From an uncultured Methanobacteriaceae archaeon (lineage in GTDB: Archaea > Methanobacteriota > Methanobacteria > Methanobacteriales > Methanobacteriaceae), in NCBI GenBank assembly GCA_963774795.1, contig CAVZGI010000009.1, positions 674,437 to 738,436 on the forward strand: a stretch of DNA of 64,000 nt. The letters are read 5' to 3'. This document shows positions 58,572 through 64,000 of this stretch, piece after piece (position 1 is the first letter of the stretch; each line of letters begins with the position of its first letter). The position numbers and the translations under genes were made by a program. The notes beneath the pieces were generated by a model. The model saw only the letters and a program-made list of their open reading frames with translations, searched no databases and was not told the origin of the DNA.

Positions 58572-59865
58572 TTATTCATCTAAAATTCTAATTAACATGC
58601 TTGGTGCATTTATTTCATTTAATTCGTCTATTTGGGATAAAGCATCCTTTATATCCTTTTCTGAAGCTTCATGAGTTACTATAAATATAGGAAGTGATGG
58701 TTCTTCTTCATTTTTTTCCTGGTTAACTGATTCTAGACTGATATTGTACTCACTTAAAATGCCAGAAATTTTGTGAAGTACACCTGGTTGATCAAGCGCT
58801 TTTAATCTAATGTAGTATCTGGAAATTACATTATCCATATTTTTAATAGGTGTTTCCTTGATTTGAGGGGGTCCATAAGTTATTTCTTTTTGGGAATTGC
58901 TTATTATATCAATACAATCTCCCACAACGGCACTGGCTGTGGGCATCATTCCTGCGCCCTGCCCATACATCATAACTGGACCAACAGCATCTCCAACCAT
59001 GTAGACTCCATTGAAAACATCATTAACTGAGGCCAGCAAATGAGTTTTAGGTATTAGGGTGGGATGGACTCTCACTTCCAGTTCATCTCCTACTTTTCGG
59101 CTGATTCCCAATAGTTTGGTTACATATCCCAGGGTTTTGGAAGTAAATTCAATGTCTTGTGGAGTTATTTTTGTTATTCCTTCCACATGGAATTTTTCCT
59201 GAGCAACATAATTTCCAAAACCGAGTATAGTTAAAATTATTAATTTTTGAGCAGTATCGTGCCCTTCGATATCAAAAGTAGGGTCTTGTTCAGCATAACC
59301 TTTTTCTTGAGCTTCTTTAAGGACATCATCAAATTTTAATCCCTCTTCACTCATTTTAGTTAGAATATAATTGGCAGTACCATTTATTATTCCATAAATG
59401 CCTTCAAAATTATTAGCTGCTAAAGATTCGTTTAATGGTTGTAAAAGAGGTATTCCTCCACCTACACTGGCCTCAAAAGAAATTCTAACATTATTTTTTT
59501 CGGCAGTTGCTGTGATTTCTTCCCAATGCTTTGCTAAAAGTGCTTTATTGGCGGTAACTACGTGTTTTCCATTTTCAAGGGCTTTAATTATAAAACTACG
59601 GGCTGGTTCATATCCACCAATTAATTCAATTACTATGGATATTTCAGGATCTTCTAATATATCGTTAACATCCGTTGATAGCTTTATCAGAGCTAATTTC
59701 AACTCCTCTATCTGTGTTTATATCTAAATCAACTACTTTTTTAAGATTAACTTCTTTTCCAACTTTTTTTTGTATTAAATCAATATTTTGGTTGAATATT
59801 TCTATTACACCGGATCCTATGGTTCCAAAACCAATAAATCCAATATTTATGGATGTTTTATTCAT
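58572..59865 (-). pseudogene. hom: Homoserine dehydrogenase with a C-terminal ACT domain; one frameshift near 59690 separates the NAD-binding N-terminus
   Basis: N-piece [20 protein letters not shown]; main piece [12 protein letters not shown] ... ACT domain [18 protein letters not shown]. Confidence 0.85.
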
Positions 59866-60115
59866 AAAAATCCTCCAGGATATTCCAGGATATCGAGATA
59901 ATTAATATTACAATTGTTATAAAATATTTATTTTAATGAATATATTATTTTATATTAATTAATTATATGAATTCTACACTAATACATTAAATTGTAATTA
60001 TTTAAATTTAAATTATTTTAGAAGGACATTCGTTAATATTATTAATTTTTGTATTAATTGTAATACTTATACTTTTTTATTACATTATTTTTTAACAATA
60101 ATTTTCATTTTTCGT

Positions 60116-61224
60116 TTATAAATCCAGAGGATTTATTTTAAGCTTAATAAATTCATTCAAAGACTCTCTGGTTGTTCCTACAACAATCCTGTAACTTTCT
60201 TTCTTTTTGATGACTTTTTCTAGCTTTCCTCGAGCTACTATTCTTTCACCTTCCAGGGCCTGACCAGAGTAGGTATGGGTAAATGAGGCGATTTCACTGA
60301 TATTAACTTCAGAAATTTCGTGGGACTGGGATGAAATCAAATTAATATCAATTATTTTGACATCCTGTACCTCATAAACTGCTGGATTGTCAAAAGAAGC
60401 TAGAGCATTGGAAACGGTACATTCCACGGTCATTTGGCCCAGTGGTTCGTAACTGGTTTCACCCCAGGTTCCTGATATTTCGTCCCATTCTCTGGTGGCC
60501 AGAATATCAAATAAGGTTCCATCAACAACTCCTCTGTTGTTTTTTCTCTTTTCATACCAGCAGAATTCTTCAAAACTTAAGGTGGAATCTTTTATTCTTT
60601 TATCATAGACTTTTCTCCAGTAATCATCACCAATACTTTTAAATGATTGGTATTCATCGGTATCCTTTATTTTACCGAAAAGATTCATGGCCCTGCGGTG
60701 ATGGGCCAGTACCATAAATCACAAAATCTATATCTGAATTTTCAGGATCGTATAGGTCAGGTAATATTGATCCAGATATTCCCATGCTTTCATAAGGTAT
60801 TCCTGCACCTTTATGGAATGTATCGGCAACTTTAATGACTTTTTTCAGGATAGAATCATTAGAACAGTCATTTCCTGGTTGATGGTCTGGATTATTATCA
60901 ATATCCATCATCTGGTTTCTTATTTCCTGTAAGCGCTCATCAGGCCTTAGAATTTCTTTAACTTTATTTAAAGGTACACCCATCATTTGAACCTGAGTAT
61001 TATCACATTCGTACAAATAATAAGGATAATTTTCTTTTAAAAAACTGTAGGCTTCTTCAGAATCAACTTTGGAGTATCTTTTCCCATTTTTGAACCTCTC
61101 ACCTTCTGGATCTGGAATATATCGTCAAAAAGGCCAGTATACGATCTTCGGGATGCAGATAGGAGGTTGTTGCAAAAAACAAGTCATCCGTGGTATATAT
61201 GAAATCGCGGGTTCTGGCTCTCAT
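60116..61224 (-). pseudogene. Large conserved archaeal protein, fragmented by at least 2 frameshifts; candidate tRNA(Ile2) agmatidine synthetase TiaS (low confidence) carrying a Pol-beta-like GS..DxD motif
   Basis: N-terminal [23 protein letters not shown] (compare TiaS GIDDTDS..GMCTTYL); [24 protein letters not shown]; three ORF pieces in different frames joined at A/T runs. Confidence 0.35.
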
Positions 61225-61267
61225 AATTAATTAAATGGTAAAGACACTATTAATATGTTAGCTCGTT

Positions 61268-61645
61268 ATGTTTGTTTATAGAATCACACCAGAAAATGAT
61301 TTAAAAGAAGAAATTAATCTTTTTACAATAAAAAATAACGTTAAAGCAGGGATACTAATTTGTGCAGTTGGTAGTTTGAGTAAAGCTGTTTTAAGAATGT
61401 CTGATGGAAGTATTAAACAATTTGAAGGCCCTTTGGAGATTGTATCCATTCAAGGAACGGTATCTTTAGATGGAATTCACGTTCATCTTTCGGTTTCAGA
61501 TGAAAATGGTAAGGTATGGGGTGGACACCTTAAAGAGGGATGTCTGGTAAATACCACAGTTGAATTATCTATTCTGGAATATGATGGAACTTTCAAAAGA
61601 AAATTAGATACTAAGACTGGATTCAGGGAGTTATACGTGGATTAA
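61268..61645 (+). CDS. PPC/DUF296-domain protein (predicted DNA-binding)
   Basis: AGILICAVGSLSKAVLR ... GTVSLDGIHVHLSVSDENGKVWGGHL. Confidence 0.65.
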   Translation: MFVYRITPENDLKEEINLFTIKNNVKAGILICAVGSLSKAVLRMSDGSIKQFEGPLEIVSIQGTVSLDGIHVHLSVSDENGKVWGGHLKEGCLVNTTVELSILEYDGTFKRKLDTKTGFRELYVD

Positions 61646-61836
61646 ATCTGGTCTGTAACTGAAACTTAATAAATTGTTTTTTATATTCACAAGATAACTA
61701 TTAATAAATCATTAAAATTAATCAATAAATTTATCATGTTGGATTTAGGTTTCATGATTGGATTTGTTTAATATTTAAAGAGAATAGTACATCTATAATC
61801 TTCAAAAACATTAGGTAAGAAGTACACTTAAGATAC

Positions 61837-62454
61837 TTGATGCATTTCAGCATAATATTCATAAGGGGCAAAAAAAGCATGAAAATAATTGATCAATTCG
61901 TTGAGGAAAATATGTGTTATGATGGTAGCCAAATACAGCCTCTATGGGCCCTGGATAAAATGGGAATAAAAGGTTCCAGTGTAGTTTCCTGGATGGGTCC
62001 TATGGAAATAGATCCATTAAAAATTATTGACGTGGAGGATGTTGGTTTAGAAATAAAATCAGATAAAATGATCCATTTTATTGTAGAACATTTTGATTGC
62101 CAGCCTACAAATATTAAATTGTGTTACCATCGCCAGAGAATTTTGGTAATGATTTTAAAAGATGAACTTTCCAAATGGGGGGTTGAAAGTACTCGAAGTG
62201 GAGATGATCTTTTTGTGGGAACTGGGAAATTGACAGTTTCTATAGCCACCATATCCCCAACCAGCATGAAAATTCATCTGGGTGTGAATATAACCAGTGA
62301 AGGAACCCCTGAAGATGTTGAAACGGTTGGTCTTTTAGAAAGTGGAACTATTGAAGAGTTTGATTTATTAAAAATAACTAAAAATATTTCTAAATCCTAT
62401 ATTAATGAAATAGAATCAATTGAAATGGATATTTCTAAAACAAGAAGTTTCTAA
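61837..62454 (+). CDS. Conserved archaeal protein (DUF366-like), adjacent to queD/queE
   Basis: 205-aa ORF; context with 7-deazaguanine genes; possible real start at MKIIDQF (61879). Confidence 0.5.
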   Translation: MMHFSIIFIRGKKSMKIIDQFVEENMCYDGSQIQPLWALDKMGIKGSSVVSWMGPMEIDPLKIIDVEDVGLEIKSDKMIHFIVEHFDCQPTNIKLCYHRQRILVMILKDELSKWGVESTRSGDDLFVGTGKLTVSIATISPTSMKIHLGVNITSEGTPEDVETVGLLESGTIEEFDLLKITKNISKSYINEIESIEMDISKTRSF

Positions 62455-62540
62455 AATAAGTAAGAATTTTTCTAATAGTTTCTAAATAGAAGTTTTCTAA
62501 AATATCTTAATAAGAATAATATTATTAAAAAGGTTAAATC

Positions 62541-63020
62541 ATGAAAATTGTAATGAACGGCATTCACGCTAATTTAAGATTCTCTGCAGCGCATATGATT
62601 CCAGAACACGATTCTTGCGGTTGCATACACGGGCATTCCTACATTGTTGATGTACAGGTCGAAGGAGAACGTAGTGGAAAATTTGGGTTTGTAGCTGATT
62701 TTAAAGAAGTAAAGGGTATTGTAAGAGAAATATGTGCTATTTTAGACCATAAAGTTCTAATTCCTTTGCAAAATAATTTAATAACTTTTAAATCCACTGA
62801 AGGGTCGGTTGAATTTGTTATTCAAGGAAAAGAATACAAAATACCTGCTGAGGATTGTTATTTGCTCGATCTGAAGTCAACTTCAGCAGAAGATCTAGCA
62901 GAATATTTTGCAGAAAGGGTATTTGATAAATTAAAGGAAAAAGGTGCTAAAATCTCCAGTGTGGAGATATGTGTTAATGAAGGTATTGGCCAGGGTGCTT
63001 TTTTCACTAAAAGTGATTAA
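62541..63020 (+). CDS. queD: 6-carboxy-5,6,7,8-tetrahydropterin synthase
   Basis: CGCIHGHSY zinc/catalytic motif; 159 aa. Confidence 0.85.
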   Translation: MKIVMNGIHANLRFSAAHMIPEHDSCGCIHGHSYIVDVQVEGERSGKFGFVADFKEVKGIVREICAILDHKVLIPLQNNLITFKSTEGSVEFVIQGKEYKIPAEDCYLLDLKSTSAEDLAEYFAERVFDKLKEKGAKISSVEICVNEGIGQGAFFTKSD

Positions 63021-63153
63021 ATCCTTTATTAAATCAAATAAAAATAATGGAATATAAATCGAATAAACAAATAACGGAAATAAGACATAAAGACAAATAT
63101 ACTTGCTTTAAACTTTAAAATTTATAATTATTCAATATATTCTGGAGATTCAT

Positions 63154-63855
63154 ATGAAAGCACCTATAATGGAAGTTTTTTCTAGCATACAAGGGGAAGG
63201 ATTACTTATTGGCAGAAGACAGATTTTTGTAAGATTTGCTGGATGTAATTTGGATTGCAGTTATTGTGATACTGCCGAAAGCAGAAACAGTTCAGCGGGC
63301 CGTGAAACAACTTTAGATGAACTTCAAAAAAAGATTGAAAGTATTTTAACTCCTGATTTTCATTCAATTTCTTTTACAGGTGGTGAACCACTTTTACAAG
63401 CCGATTTTATAAAAAAATTTTTAGAAAAAAATAAATTTAAATCTCTTCTCGAAACTAATGGTTCGCTCCCGGAAGAAGTTAAAAAGATTGCAGATCTAAT
63501 AAGTCACGCATCTGTTGATATAAAACTCCCTGAACATTTTTTAGGCCACAATAAGAACGACCTTATAGAACGGGAGATAGATTCCCTAAACATTTTAATA
63601 TCAAGAAGGGTAAATGTATATTGTAAAGTGGTTATGTTACCCACAACTAAGGTGGACACTATAGGGCATGTGGCAAAAACCATAAAAGAAAATATTTCTG
63701 ACCCTTCCCGGGTTGTTATGGTTCTTCAACCGGCTAGTCCACTTGAATATTGGGTTCAACACACTCCTAAACTATTCAAAATGTCTGAAAAAGTGGGAGA
63801 ACACCTAAATGTACTAACAATACCTCAAGTACATAAACTTCTAGAAGTCAGATAG
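63154..63855 (+). CDS. queE: 7-carboxy-7-deazaguanine synthase (radical SAM)
   Basis: SIQGEGLLIGRRQIFVRFAGCNLDCSYCDT QueE N-terminal signature. Confidence 0.85.
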   Translation: MKAPIMEVFSSIQGEGLLIGRRQIFVRFAGCNLDCSYCDTAESRNSSAGRETTLDELQKKIESILTPDFHSISFTGGEPLLQADFIKKFLEKNKFKSLLETNGSLPEEVKKIADLISHASVDIKLPEHFLGHNKNDLIEREIDSLNILISRRVNVYCKVVMLPTTKVDTIGHVAKTIKENISDPSRVVMVLQPASPLEYWVQHTPKLFKMSEKVGEHLNVLTIPQVHKLLEVR

Positions 63856-63866
63856 GAGGTTTTTAG

Positions 63867-64000
63867 ATGGAAATGGAAACTAAAGTCACAGTACACGATG
63901 CCATGACCTCAAATGTGGTCACAGTAGACCCTCAAATCAGTGTTGCAGAAGCAGCTATACTCATGAACAAAATAAAAGTCGGTAGTCTGGTTGTGAAAAG
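63867..64000 (+). CDS. CBS-domain protein, N-terminal fragment (continues beyond the window)
   Basis: [43 protein letters not shown]. Confidence 0.5.
   Translation, partial: MEMETKVTVHDAMTSNVVTVDPQISVAEAAILMNKIKVGSLVVK

Noticed and set aside
60116-61224. CBASS-like cyclic-oligonucleotide nucleotidyltransferase interpretation of the GS...DID protein
   Set aside because: There is no adjacent effector (phospholipase, TM, nuclease) or Cap gene and the neighbours are hom and DUF296. A TiaS-like or generic nucleotidyltransferase fits better

Overview
This is an AT-rich (about one third GC) euryarchaeal chromosome segment, almost certainly from a Methanobacteriales-type hydrogenotrophic methanogen. 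Diagnostic genes are ftr, gatB, hjc, an archaeal intron-containing tRNA-Trp, and a roughly 10 kb energy-converting [NiFe] hydrogenase locus (Eha/Ehb family, gene order most like Ehb). That locus runs 45864-56112 and has an Mrp-antiporter-like membrane module, three polyferredoxin ORFs, small and large hydrogenase subunits and a NuoH-like subunit. Other confident calls are hypF (partial), argG, hom, nnr, trkA/trkH, hisE, queD/queE, and seven tRNA genes in two clusters (Asn-Met/Ile2-Glu-Leu-His, and Cys-Trp). The first 13 kb looks accessory or redox-stress-like: HxlR, PadR and ArsR regulators, two nitroreductases, two flavodoxins, four GNATs, a QueG-like Fe-S protein plus a truncated paralog, and an alpha/alpha-toroid repeat protein. 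Four observations stand out. First, a K+ channel carries three tandem C-terminal roughly 125-aa repeats of unknown function. Second, a GLIC-like pentameric ligand-gated ion channel homolog sits divergent from ArsR. Third, the tRNA-Trp intron carries a box C/D guide predicted to methylate C34. Fourth, at least 12 genes are broken by short indels near A/T homopolymers; these are concentrated at 52.3-61.2 kb and include core genes (hydrogenase large subunit, NuoH-like subunit, hom), which looks like indel sequencing error rather than real gene decay. No CRISPR array, integrase or transposase was seen.
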